Virus record (IMG/VR): IMGVR_UViG_3300032070_000002 | Span: 26,230 to 90,229 of that record | Source of the DNA: a virus | Length of the DNA: 64,000 nucleotides | Reading direction: 5' to 3' (one strand) | Shown here: positions 28,858 through 38,891 of the stretch, piece after piece | How the letters are laid out: each line of letters starts with the position of its first letter | Numbering within the stretch: the first letter of the stretch is position 1 | The notes under the pieces: generated by a model | Databases searched by the model: none | What the model saw: the letters and a program-made list of their open reading frames with translations, nothing else | What the model was told of the DNA's origin: nothing | Made by a program: the position numbers and the translations under genes

Positions 28858-29308
28858 TAAAAACAATTGAGGAAAAATTTATAGCATACGTAATTTCGGA
28901 AGGCGTAATAAAAAGTATTATTGGCGAAATTAAAAATAAACAAGGTATTATTTTATGTAATAAATGTAATGGAGAAATAAGAAGTCATACGGATGAGTCG
29001 GGAACAAATTATCAATGCCTTAAATGCAGAGAATTAATGTATTGTTATAATTATCGTGAAAAAACGCATAAACCGGACTTAAAAAGAAGTGACTTAAAAA
29101 GAATTCAAGAAGAAGTATTTTATTATGCAACCCACGAAGGTCATTTTGACTTCTTAAAAGATAATGATTATCCGACTTTACAATTTAGTTATATAAAAGA
29201 TTTATTAGATAGTAAAGTAAAGGAAATATTTTTAAAATGAGTCCACTTGATTTAGTAATTATTACCGTATTAAGCTTATTTAGTAGGATATAATGAAGGA
29301 AAGAGGAA

Positions 29309-29614
29309 ATGAGCCTTCCAAAATATTTAATCGAAGAAAAATCTGTAAAAAAACAATCTCTTAAACAAGAGAAAAGAGTAAGAAGGCAATTAGCTTCGGG
29401 AGCGTTAGCTTTTTATAAAGGCGACTTAGTTGACTTAGATAGTAATAAAATGTATGAATTAAAGTTAGCGGCGAAAGGAAAACAAGTAATAGTAAAAAGA
29501 GATATGTTAGAAAAAATATTTAAGGAAGCAAAACAAGATGGAAAACTCCCGGTAATGTTTATAGAAATAGGCGAGTATATATTAATAGGAGAAGTAATTA
29601 AAAAAAGGAGTTAG
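29309..29614 (+). CDS. PD-(D/E)XK nuclease, Hjc-like
   Basis: QEK...SGA...KGD.....YELK. Confidence 0.6.
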   Translation: MSLPKYLIEEKSVKKQSLKQEKRVRRQLASGALAFYKGDLVDLDSNKMYELKLAAKGKQVIVKRDMLEKIFKEAKQDGKLPVMFIEIGEYILIGEVIKKRS

Positions 29615-29618
29615 TAAA

Positions 29619-30278
29619 ATGAGAAAACTATATTTAATAATAATAATATTAGTAGCTATTATAGGTTTTATATTAGGTTATACAATTCCGGTTAAAGCGG
29701 AAACTGCAACCTTCCCGGGAATAGAAAAACATTCTGTTCGTTTATTTTCTATCGGTTATGGAGGTATAGGTGGATGCACGGGAACTGTATTATCTAACGA
29801 TGAAACAAAGGCTACCGTTTTAACTTGTAAACATTGCATAAGTATTGATGAGGAATTATTTGTTGAAGATAAAAAAGTAATAAAAATTATAACTGCACCA
29901 GATAATGATTTAGCTTATTTAATAGTGGAAGGAAAATTAAAGAATAAAAAGCCTGCTAAAATAGCAAATAAAAACGAAGAAACGGGTTCTAAAGTATTAA
30001 TGTACGGTAAGCCCGGTTTAACTATAAATTATACGAAAACGGGCTCAGTATTAGTTTATACGCGTCATTGGGCTTTTGCAAAATTAGAATTAATAGGAGG
30101 TTGTTCCGGTTCCGGACTATTTAATTTACAAGGCGAATTAGTAGGTACAGTTTGGGGTTCGTATAAAGAAGGAGGTACCGGCGGTACTTTATTTACAGAG
30201 CCCGTAGGAGGTACGCCTATAGGAATATTTGAACCTTTAACGGATATTAAAAAGTTTCTGGAAGAAGTAAAAAAATGA
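29619..30278 (+). CDS. Secreted/membrane-anchored trypsin-like serine protease
   Basis: Signal/TM N-terminus; TCKHC, DLA, GCSGSG, GELVG triad motifs. Confidence 0.85.
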   Translation: MRKLYLIIIILVAIIGFILGYTIPVKAETATFPGIEKHSVRLFSIGYGGIGGCTGTVLSNDETKATVLTCKHCISIDEELFVEDKKVIKIITAPDNDLAYLIVEGKLKNKKPAKIANKNEETGSKVLMYGKPGLTINYTKTGSVLVYTRHWAFAKLELIGGCSGSGLFNLQGELVGTVWGSYKEGGTGGTLFTEPVGGTPIGIFEPLTDIKKFLEEVKK

Positions 30279-31234
30279 AAGAATACGATATAACTTATAC
30301 GTCCGATTTTCAATTAGATTTAGATAATAGAATAGACGATTTTATAAAATCCCTAAATCAAATAAAAGAAATTGCTAATAAGGGCAAACTTTTAATTATA
30401 GGCGGGGATATTTATAGAGATAGAAGGCCGCACCCTAAAGAGATGAATATATTCCGAGATTTTATAAAGAATATAAGCGTCCCAGTAGAAATAGTAATAG
30501 GTAATCACGACGAAAATTTAGATGTTACTACATTAGATGAATTCTTAAAATTTAATATAAAAGAAGTAACCTTACATAGACCTCCTTTTATATTAAAATA
30601 TAGCGGGTTAAATATATATTTAGACCATACTATTATTGAAGGGGCTAAAATGGGCCCTTCGGACTTTATATTAAATAATAAAAGGGTAAAACCGCTTAAA
30701 AATATATTGGATAATAAATGTGATTTTTATTTAATAGGGGATATACATAAAGCTCAAGTAGTAAATAAAGAACCTCCGGTTCTATATGCGGGTAGTATAG
30801 AAAGAGAAGATTTTGGAGAACGAAATGAAGGTAAATATGTTATACTAATAAATTCTAATACGAAGGAATACGTTTATAAGCCATTAAATATTAGGCCTAT
30901 GTATCAAATAAATTTAGATTTATCTTCGAGTAATGAGCAATTTAAAGAAGGAAAAATAGTTCCTCCCCAAGTAGAAAATGCAATAGTAAAAGTAGTTATT
31001 ACGGGAACTAAAGAACAAATAGAAAAATATAATGAAGCTAATTTAAAAGAAAGTTTAAATAAAACTTTTTCTTACAAAATACAGTATAATGTCTTAAAGG
31101 AAATAAAAAGTAGAAATACTAATATAAACGAAGGAAGATCGATAGAGGATTGTTTTAAGGAATATGCAAAAGAGCATAAATTTAACGAATACGAGTTAGA
31201 AAAAGGAATGGAAATACTAAGCTATGAATGTTAA
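30275..31234 (+). CDS. SbcD/Mre11-like nuclease
   Basis: SDFQ, GGDIY, GNHD, GDIH, YAGS...DFGE. Confidence 0.88.
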   Translation: MKEYDITYTSDFQLDLDNRIDDFIKSLNQIKEIANKGKLLIIGGDIYRDRRPHPKEMNIFRDFIKNISVPVEIVIGNHDENLDVTTLDEFLKFNIKEVTLHRPPFILKYSGLNIYLDHTIIEGAKMGPSDFILNNKRVKPLKNILDNKCDFYLIGDIHKAQVVNKEPPVLYAGSIEREDFGERNEGKYVILINSNTKEYVYKPLNIRPMYQINLDLSSSNEQFKEGKIVPPQVENAIVKVVITGTKEQIEKYNEANLKESLNKTFSYKIQYNVLKEIKSRNTNINEGRSIEDCFKEYAKEHKFNEYELEKGMEILSYEC

Positions 31235-31541
31235 AAGATTGATTCTTCATAATTTTTTAAGTCATAAAGAAGTGGATATAGATTTATCTAAGGAAGGTAT
31301 TTACAATATTATTGGAAAAACGGGTGCGGGAAAGAGTGCTATTAGGGATGCACTTACATATACGCTATTTGGAAAAGGCAGGTATGATGACCAAGAAAAG
31401 TATATTTCTGATTATGAAAAAGAAATGTTTGTAGTTGTAGAATTTGAACAAAATGAAAAAACTTTTAGAGTAACAAGAAAAAAGGTTAAGGGAGAAACTA
31501 CTAAGTTAGAAGTAGAGGAATTAAATGAAATTCGGAAATAG
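31224..31541 (+). CDS. SbcC/Rad50 ATPase, N-terminal fragment
   Basis: L.NFLSH, GKTGAGKSAI.DAL.Y.LFG. Confidence 0.88.
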   Translation: MNVKRLILHNFLSHKEVDIDLSKEGIYNIIGKTGAGKSAIRDALTYTLFGKGRYDDQEKYISDYEKEMFVVVEFEQNEKTFRVTRKKVKGETTKLEVEELNEIRK

Positions 31542-31981
31542 GGTAAAAGTTATAATTTTTTATGGAAAAAATCAAAAAGATAAATTTGAAATTAACGCAG
31601 AATTAGCAGAAATTCGTTGGGATAAAAATAGTTTTCAAATTCGGGGATTATTTAACCCAGATGTAATAAAAGTAGAAAAGGAAAATCTAAATGGAAAAAC
31701 TCCTTAATGAAATTTTAGATAAATTAAATTTTTTAATGGCTAATACCTATTTAATGATAGGAAAGGATTTAAAAACCGTAATGGATTTATATAGTGAAAG
31801 AAAAAAATTAGAACGGCCTACGCCTACTGAAATAGAATTAAAATATTCGGAAGATATCGCCGCGGTAAAGAAACACGCTTTTAGCAACAATCAATTTAAA
31901 ATTAGTGAAGATAGAAAATGGGTTATAGTAGAAGATAAGTATCATATTTATAAAATACCCTACGAATTATGGATAAGATAG
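31525..31981 (+). CDS. Two small hypothetical ORFs (31525..31707, 31691..31981) between SbcC halves
   Basis: Overlapping ORFs of 60 and 96 aa; no family recognised. Confidence 0.5.
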
Positions 31982-33213
31982 GAAATACTCTAAAGGAAAC
32001 GCAGGAAGCGCTAAATAAACTTATAGGTTTTGATTACGATACTTTTAGGTGTTCCGCGTGTTTTGAACAAGGCGAATCTAATAGTTTTTCAAAGTTAACT
32101 CCTAAAGAATCTAAACAAGTAGTTATGAAAATTTTACAATTAGGTAAATTAGAAATAAGAGAACAATTATGTAAAGATAAAGTAACTACTTTTTCTATGG
32201 AGTATAATAATATTTTTAAGGAATTAGAAGTAACAAAAACTTTAGAAGAAGTTATTGAGGATGATACGCCTATTAAGGAAAGAATAAGTATATTAGAAAA
32301 ATTAATAACTAATATACAAGTAGAAATAGAGAAAGCAAAAAAAAGTATACCTTACGAAATAAAATTAAACGAATTAGAAACAAGTATGGAAAGATTTGAT
32401 AAACTAGATAAATGTCCGACTTGTTTACAATCTATTAATGAAAATCATAAAAAAGAAATCCTACAAAAATATAAAGAAGCTATTCGTATTACAAAAAATT
32501 CTTTTAATTATGAAATTAGTCCTAGTCTATTTATAGATAATCAAAATCCAAGGCTATCTAAATTGAATTATGAATTAGGAGAATTGAAAAATAAATTAAA
32601 AAATATTGAGGAAAAGAAATTAAAGCGTACTAAATTAAATACTAAAAAGGAAGAGTTACAAAATAAGTTATATGCTTTAAAAAGGGACATAGATACGTAT
32701 AAAAAACTATCGGAAGCTTTTGGTAGAAATGGAATTCCTACAAATATTATAGAAAATACTCTTCCTGAGATAGAAAGTATAGTTAATGAATTATTAGAAT
32801 TATTAGATATAGATATGCAAATAAAAATAGATACCCAAAAAGAATTAAAAAGTGGCGGCCTATCAGATACTTTAGATATTAACATAGTTACTAATAATAT
32901 AGTTAGGCCATACTTTGGATTTTCAGGAGGAGAAAGATTTATTATAGATTTATCTTTAAGAGTTGCCTTAAGCGTAATTTTACTTAGACGAAAAGGATTA
33001 AATAATAGTACGTTAATAATAGACGAAGGAATGGGATCATTAGATGAGGCTGGCAGAAATAGGGTAGTAAAATTAATTAAAGTAATAAAAGATAAATTTG
33101 GATTTAAAAAGATTTTAGTTATTTCACATATGTTAGATGTTCGGGATAATATAGAAAATAAAATAGTAGTAGAAAAGATAAACGGTATTAGTAAATTGAC
33201 TTATAATTTATAA
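31969..33213 (+). CDS. SbcC/Rad50 ATPase, C-terminal fragment
   Basis: Q-loop F..SACFEQG, coiled coil, zinc hook CPTC, signature FSGGE, Walker B IIDEG, ISH. Confidence 0.9.
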   Translation: MDKIGNTLKETQEALNKLIGFDYDTFRCSACFEQGESNSFSKLTPKESKQVVMKILQLGKLEIREQLCKDKVTTFSMEYNNIFKELEVTKTLEEVIEDDTPIKERISILEKLITNIQVEIEKAKKSIPYEIKLNELETSMERFDKLDKCPTCLQSINENHKKEILQKYKEAIRITKNSFNYEISPSLFIDNQNPRLSKLNYELGELKNKLKNIEEKKLKRTKLNTKKEELQNKLYALKRDIDTYKKLSEAFGRNGIPTNIIENTLPEIESIVNELLELLDIDMQIKIDTQKELKSGGLSDTLDINIVTNNIVRPYFGFSGGERFIIDLSLRVALSVILLRRKGLNNSTLIIDEGMGSLDEAGRNRVVKLIKVIKDKFGFKKILVISHMLDVRDNIENKIVVEKINGISKLTYNL

Positions 33214-33231
33214 TAGAGAGGAGATTAATAA

Positions 33232-34368
33232 ATGAGAAATTCTTGGAATTTAAAAGATATTGACAATCTTAAAAAAATGATGAAACAAAATATTCATCCA
33301 ATAGAAATAGCGAAAACATTACAGCGGTCTTATGATTCAGTATGTGGAAAAATAAAATCAATTAAAAGAGAAGAAAAAATAGGAATTAAACCATATGAAA
33401 AAACAGAAGGAAAATTCAAGAACGAAGAAATAGTAGAAGAAACCAAAAAATATTTTGAGGCTGCAAAAGGCATTATTCATAAATATGATGATTTATATAA
33501 AAATATTAAATTAAAGACCTCTTTTTCATCTGCAAAACAAACAGAAGACCAGGTATTATTATTTTCTGATATGCACACTGGTATGATTAACAAAGCCCCT
33601 ATTACCGGAGAAATAACATATAATCCAGAAATTCAGAAAAAAGAATTACAAACTTTAATGGAAGGATTATATAGATTTTATCAATTATATAAACCTTCTT
33701 ATAATATAGAAACTTTTTATATTTTTTCTTTAGGAGATTTAATTACCAATGATAGAATTTATGAAGGACAGAAAATGGAAATCGCTTTTGGCGTAGGTAT
33801 ACAAATTACAGAAACATTAGAATATGTTAGTGATATGATTAGAAAATTATTGGAAATTTATCCCAGAATAGTTTATATTAATATAGTCGGAAATCACGGC
33901 AGAACTACGCCTCAGCCCATTAGCGAAGATGCTACGAGCAATTTTGAATATTTATTGGGAATATCATTAAAAGAAAGATTTGCTGGCAATAAAAGAGTAG
34001 AAATAATCCTCCCAGACGATTATTCTTATTCTTATACTATAAAAAATCATAGATATTTATTAGCTCACGGAAATACTATTAGTGGTTCAACATTAAATTC
34101 AATAGAAAGGGCGGCAAAAGATATTGCTAATTTAGTAGAAAGAGATTATTATGATGTTATTACAATTGGGCATTTTCATAGTTGTTATGAATTGCCGAGT
34201 ATTTCTCCTTCAACTACTCTTTTAGTTAATGGATGTTTTATTTATAAAGATGATTATGCCTATACCAAATTAAGAAAACATTCTACTGCTAAACAGTATT
34301 TATTTAATGTTTCAAAAAAATCAGCAATGCACAATTTACAGAAGGTGGATTTAAGGTGGAATAAATGA
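33232..34368 (+). CDS. HTH + calcineurin-like metallophosphoesterase
   Basis: SDMH.G, LGD, GNHGR, AHG, GHFH; N-terminal HTH. Confidence 0.8.
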   Translation: MRNSWNLKDIDNLKKMMKQNIHPIEIAKTLQRSYDSVCGKIKSIKREEKIGIKPYEKTEGKFKNEEIVEETKKYFEAAKGIIHKYDDLYKNIKLKTSFSSAKQTEDQVLLFSDMHTGMINKAPITGEITYNPEIQKKELQTLMEGLYRFYQLYKPSYNIETFYIFSLGDLITNDRIYEGQKMEIAFGVGIQITETLEYVSDMIRKLLEIYPRIVYINIVGNHGRTTPQPISEDATSNFEYLLGISLKERFAGNKRVEIILPDDYSYSYTIKNHRYLLAHGNTISGSTLNSIERAAKDIANLVERDYYDVITIGHFHSCYELPSISPSTTLLVNGCFIYKDDYAYTKLRKHSTAKQYLFNVSKKSAMHNLQKVDLRWNK

Positions 34369-34718
34369 AAGAAATAGAAATTCTACGATGTAGAGGCCGG
34401 GGTATTGTAGTAAAGGGAATTAAATCCATTCGTGAACGGGAATATATAATTGATAAGATTATGCGAGCTTCATTGGCTTATAGAAAATTATATAAATTAA
34501 GAAACGCAATATAAATAAAATGGAAAAGAAAAGATTTTGTTTAAAAAATATGTTTAACGTAGATGAAAACGTTACTTGTAAAAAATGTAATTATTATATT
34601 GATGCATCGGGTAGTTTTGAACCTTCGGAATGTACTTATAGTAATATAAAAAATAAAAAAGAAAATAGGGACGATTTTGGAAGAGGTTTTAACGGTTTAA
34701 GAGAAAGGGATTATTAAA

Positions 34719-35375
34719 ATGATAGAAAAGTTTTTAGAAAGTACTAATTTAAGTGAAAAAGCAAATTGGAAAGATATAAGGGATTTTGTAAAAGAAGCTA
34801 ATGAATTAAATGTTTTAGGAGTTTGTACATACATATATTGGAGCGGTATAGTAGATAAATATTTAAAGGAAGGGATAAAGAAAATTTACGTTATAGGATT
34901 TTATACGGGTTCAAAAGAGTTAATAGAAAGAGATTTATCCTTAGTTTCGGATACTAAAGCAGATGAATATGATGTTGTTTTACCTTTAGCTTATTTTAGC
35001 GTAGGAAATATTTCAAAAACAGAAGAACTTTTATTAAAGGTAAGAAAAGCTACAAAGGATAAAGTATTAAAAGTAATCATAGAAACAAATATTTTAAGGG
35101 AAGACCCTAAACCGGAAGAAAAAATAAAGAGTGCCGTTGAATTAGTAAAAGAAATAGGCGCAGATTTTATAAAAACTAATACCGGCCGATTTCCAAGAAA
35201 GATCGATATAGTAGAGGATATTAGGTTGATTAAAAAGTTTACTAAATTGCCTATTAAGGCCGCGGGCGGTATTAAAACGTATGAACAAGTAAAACAATTA
35301 ATTGATTTAGGAGTTAGTAGAATAGGCACCTCTACCGCAAAACAAATTATAGAGGAAGAAAATGGAATCCAATAA
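34719..35375 (+). CDS. deoC: Deoxyribose-phosphate aldolase
   Basis: DE.D.V, LKVIIET, GADFIKTNTG, IKAAGGI, RIGTS. Confidence 0.88.
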   Translation: MIEKFLESTNLSEKANWKDIRDFVKEANELNVLGVCTYIYWSGIVDKYLKEGIKKIYVIGFYTGSKELIERDLSLVSDTKADEYDVVLPLAYFSVGNISKTEELLLKVRKATKDKVLKVIIETNILREDPKPEEKIKSAVELVKEIGADFIKTNTGRFPRKIDIVEDIRLIKKFTKLPIKAAGGIKTYEQVKQLIDLGVSRIGTSTAKQIIEEENGIQ

Positions 35376-35964
35376 TCCCGAAAATAAGCCGGTTGAAATA
35401 GAAGATAATTATCCTTACATTACATATCTTATAGGCGCAATGGAGAAAACCGCTGAGAAAGATGATGGTTCTGCTAAAAGGGAAGATGTAGAAAGAGAAT
35501 TATTATTAAGAAATGTATATCCTATTAATCCCGTAAAACTAGAAGCATTTAAAACGAATATGAGTGTTGAAGAATCTAAAGAAAAAATGATAGGCTGGAT
35601 TGCTTCCGGTAATAGAGAACTTTTAAAAGAGAAATCCGTTGCTATTTGGTTTGGAATAGATTACGTCGCGGAAAACGGTCAACTAATACATATCCCGGGC
35701 GATTTTGATTATGTAAGAATGAGCGATTGGATTACTTTAGTTATAAATAGGGGCGATAAACCTTGCGGTAGTTTTGGAGAAAGTGCATACGGCGCTATTT
35801 TAGGAAAACCTCTTTACATTATTTCTGAAATGCCTAAAAAGGAATTACCTAAAAGTTTATTTCAATGGATGTGTATAGTTGACGGAGAACATTTTGAAAA
35901 TCTTTCTCAGTATTTAAAATATATTGATGAACAATATAAACTTAAAAGAAAAGAAGAAAAATGA
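35362..35964 (+). CDS. Nucleoside 2-deoxyribosyltransferase / Rcl-like dNMP N-glycosidase
   Basis: TYLIGAM, INP, D..V..SD, GS.GE...G...GKP pattern of the NDT fold. Confidence 0.65.
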   Translation: MESNNPENKPVEIEDNYPYITYLIGAMEKTAEKDDGSAKREDVERELLLRNVYPINPVKLEAFKTNMSVEESKEKMIGWIASGNRELLKEKSVAIWFGIDYVAENGQLIHIPGDFDYVRMSDWITLVINRGDKPCGSFGESAYGAILGKPLYIISEMPKKELPKSLFQWMCIVDGEHFENLSQYLKYIDEQYKLKRKEEK

Positions 35965-36289
35965 TTAAAGTTAAGGTTACTTTAATACAGGCGGATATAT
36001 TAGTAGTAGGTAAGTATTCTATTTCCGAAGAGGCTTGTTTAGGAATGATAAAAAGGTTTAAAGAAAATACTGAACCTGTTTTAGTTAGATTAGGTAAAAC
36101 TCCTTTAGTAATAGGTAAGTTAGTAGGTTTAGAATATAATAAAGAGAAAAAGGAATTATTAGGTGTTATTGATTTATATATGGATTTTAATGCAGGCGCA
36201 CAAATATTACAACAATTAGATACGCCCGACGGAATCAGAATATTAGATAGTAAAATAAAGGAAATTACAATGACCCCGGGAGGAAAAGG

Positions 36290-36661
36290 ATGAGATTATC
36301 GGATAAACAAAAAGAAGAATTAAAAAATCAATTTGAAGAGGTAATAAATAACTTTAAAGGGCATACGGATTTTCCTTATATATTACTTCAAATGATGAAG
36401 GTGCATAGTGATAAAAGTAATGACTATGCCCAAGATGAAAGCCCCTTTTCTAATATAGAACTTTGCGAACGCGCGGGTTTTGAAGCGTGGAAGGGCGTCG
36501 TTATAAGATTGGGGGATAAATATAGTAGACTATTGAATGCATTAGCGGGTAAGTTATTTAAGTGCGAAGGAATAGAAGATGCTTTTATAGATAATGCAAA
36601 TTATTCGGTAATAGGACTTATTGAATATCGGAAGGTAAAAGAAACCAATGGATCTAAATAA
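36290..36661 (+). CDS. DUF1599 / Nmad1 (MazG-like, nucleotide-modification associated)
   Basis: K..DY.....N.......G...R..DK..R.......E...D...D.ANY. Confidence 0.75.
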   Translation: MRLSDKQKEELKNQFEEVINNFKGHTDFPYILLQMMKVHSDKSNDYAQDESPFSNIELCERAGFEAWKGVVIRLGDKYSRLLNALAGKLFKCEGIEDAFIDNANYSVIGLIEYRKVKETNGSK

Positions 36662-36839
36662 ATCGTGGTTAAAACTCATAGAGTTTTGCAAACGCGAACG
36701 TTACGGCGAGCTTAAGGTAAAAATTCAAGATGGGGTACCGGTATCTTTACCCGCTCAAATTATAAAAAGAGAAAACTTAGATGGATCAATCACTACTACG
36801 GAAATATCAAAGCCGATAGATTTGACGAAGGAGGAATAG
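36648..36839 (+). CDS. DUF2292-like small protein
   Basis: YGELKVKIQDG.PV. Confidence 0.55.
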   Translation: MDLNKSWLKLIEFCKRERYGELKVKIQDGVPVSLPAQIIKRENLDGSITTTEISKPIDLTKEE

Positions 36840-37013
36840 TGTATTTCAGAAAAGAAAAATTTACGGAGGTAATAATATTAAAAAGATATAGTAGTGATAT
36901 ACTATCGGATGATATTAAAGAATTAGCAAAAGATAATATAATAGTAGATTTACAATTTACGGGCGACGGAAAGAATACATTTAATGCTTTAATACTTTAT
37001 AGGAAAAAATAAA

Positions 37014-37598
37014 ATGGAAAAATACGAAACATTTAATAATGAAATAAATTTAATCAAATCTGAAACAATAAAAGACTATGTTATAAAGACTCTTAAAGAA
37101 ACGCCAGAAATATTTTGGAAAATACCCGCTTCCTCTACCGGAAAATATCATCCCGAATGTACAAATAAAGAAGGAGGTTTAATTATACACGTAAAAAGGG
37201 TAGTATATATTTGCGATAGATTATCTTTCGGCTGGAACATAACCGACCTTAATAGAGATATGGTAATAGCCTCAAGTATTCTACACGACATAGCTAAGTG
37301 TGGAAAAGATAGCGGTATCTATGAAAATTATGTTAATCATCCTATAACTGCGGCTAATATGTTTAAGAAAACCGTAAACTTTAATAGTCAAGATATAACA
37401 CCTATAAATAAAACTATTATTATTAGGATAGCAAATTGTATTAATTATCATATGGGACTTTGGACTCCTAAATCTATAGTAAAACCCTTATCTCAATATA
37501 CATCCTTAGAATTATTGGTTTATACTTCAGATTATATGGCTTCTACTAAAACGTTAGTTACTCCGGTAGATGGAAGTTATACTGTAAAGGATATATAA
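37014..37598 (+). CDS. HD-domain phosphohydrolase
   Basis: PASSTGKYH, GGL..H, LHDIAK, H, HMG, D. Confidence 0.85.
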   Translation: MEKYETFNNEINLIKSETIKDYVIKTLKETPEIFWKIPASSTGKYHPECTNKEGGLIIHVKRVVYICDRLSFGWNITDLNRDMVIASSILHDIAKCGKDSGIYENYVNHPITAANMFKKTVNFNSQDITPINKTIIIRIANCINYHMGLWTPKSIVKPLSQYTSLELLVYTSDYMASTKTLVTPVDGSYTVKDI

Positions 37599-37828
37599 TG
37601 AATACCCTAATTAAAATATTTGATATTTTAGCTTCTATACTTACTGTTTTAAGCTTATATTTAATTTCTAAGTCTTATAAATGGTGGATACTTTATTGTT
37701 TTTCTAGCATACTTTTTACTATTGTTTGCTTTTATAATAAAATATACGGTTTAACATTAATGGGAGTATGCTTGTTTTTTACCGGGATAAATAATTATAG
37801 AATAGGTAAGAAGAATGATAAGAAGTGA
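37598..37828 (+). CDS. Short PnuC-like membrane protein
   Basis: Three hydrophobic helices; L...K....W.......LF.......YG pattern. Confidence 0.5.
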   Translation: MNTLIKIFDILASILTVLSLYLISKSYKWWILYCFSSILFTIVCFYNKIYGLTLMGVCLFFTGINNYRIGKKNDKK

Positions 37829-38183
37829 TATAGTTAGAATTTTAGGATTTGCGTTAATTATTAGCGGACTTATTAACGGTATTAGATATAGATGGTCAGC
37901 TTTAAAAATTCAAGAAGCAAAAATAGCTAGAGGACATTCTAGAAAATCTATGAATACAGGTATTATAGATGATATTATTAAATTACTTTATGGAATTGTT
38001 AAAATGGATTTATATTTAGTTGGTTCAGCGATAGCTTGTCTTACGTTTATGATATATAAATGGTTTATAATATATTTATATTACCCTTATAGAAAAAGGG
38101 GCTTACTAAATTTTAAGAGACCTAGTATTATAAAATATACAATTAATAGTTTAATACCTAATAAGTATAGGAAAAGATTATGA
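37815..38183 (+). CDS. SemiSWEET/PQ-loop-like membrane protein
   Basis: Three TM helices with KI..AK..RG.S loop and YG....D..L. Confidence 0.4.
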   Translation: MIRSDIVRILGFALIISGLINGIRYRWSALKIQEAKIARGHSRKSMNTGIIDDIIKLLYGIVKMDLYLVGSAIACLTFMIYKWFIIYLYYPYRKRGLLNFKRPSIIKYTINSLIPNKYRKRL

Positions 38184-38491
38184 TTATATATTTTGTAATT
38201 ATTTTAGTCGGTTTAATAGAAGCATTTTGTAGCACTTTAAATTCTAAATTTAGACAAAAAAGTAAAAGAATATTAACATTTGTTACTTCATTTATAAATA
38301 TCTTTGTTTGGTATTGTTTACTTCGTATGGTTATAGAAAATATAGCTAATATAAATTTAGCGATAGTTTATGGAATAGCTTATGCTTTAGGGGACGTATT
38401 AGGATTACTGTTTGACACTTATTTAGAAAAAATAGCAAAATTTAGAGGTATTAAATATAGAAGAAGGGCGTCAAGTAAAAGGAAAAGATGA
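38180..38491 (+). CDS. DUF5698/DUF2179-like membrane protein
   Basis: Three TM helices; STL..K, SF.....W...L..V, Y..AYALG. Confidence 0.5.
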   Translation: MIIYFVIILVGLIEAFCSTLNSKFRQKSKRILTFVTSFINIFVWYCLLRMVIENIANINLAIVYGIAYALGDVLGLLFDTYLEKIAKFRGIKYRRRASSKRKR

Positions 38492-38891
38492 AATACCTTA
38501 ATAAATCATTTTCGGTTTTTATGGGAAGTAAAGATTACGAAAAAAACTACGATAATATTTTTAAAAAATCGTTAAAAGAAAAAATTAAGAATTTTATAGA
38601 TAAAATATTATTTAATTTATTTATTAAGGAAATAAAGTAATAATTGCCTAACTTACAAATCTGAGGCCTTAATAGGCTAACAGTCAATAAGAGGGCTAGA
38701 GTAGGAAAATAATTTCTGAAATAGCCCTTTTATATTGGTTTAAAAATGGAAAACTTCTTATTTTTAATAGTGGGATTAAGTATTTGTTATATAGATTTTA
38801 TTATCATAGGACTTTATAAACTTTATAAAAGGATAAAATTAAGAATAATGAATAGTAAAAAATAATTTATTAAAACTGAAAGGAGTAACAA

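Noticed and set aside
38661-38683. Hammerhead ribozyme (CTGA-GGCCT..AGGC-TAAC)
   Set aside because: Lacks the CUGANGA and GAAA core and stems I/III
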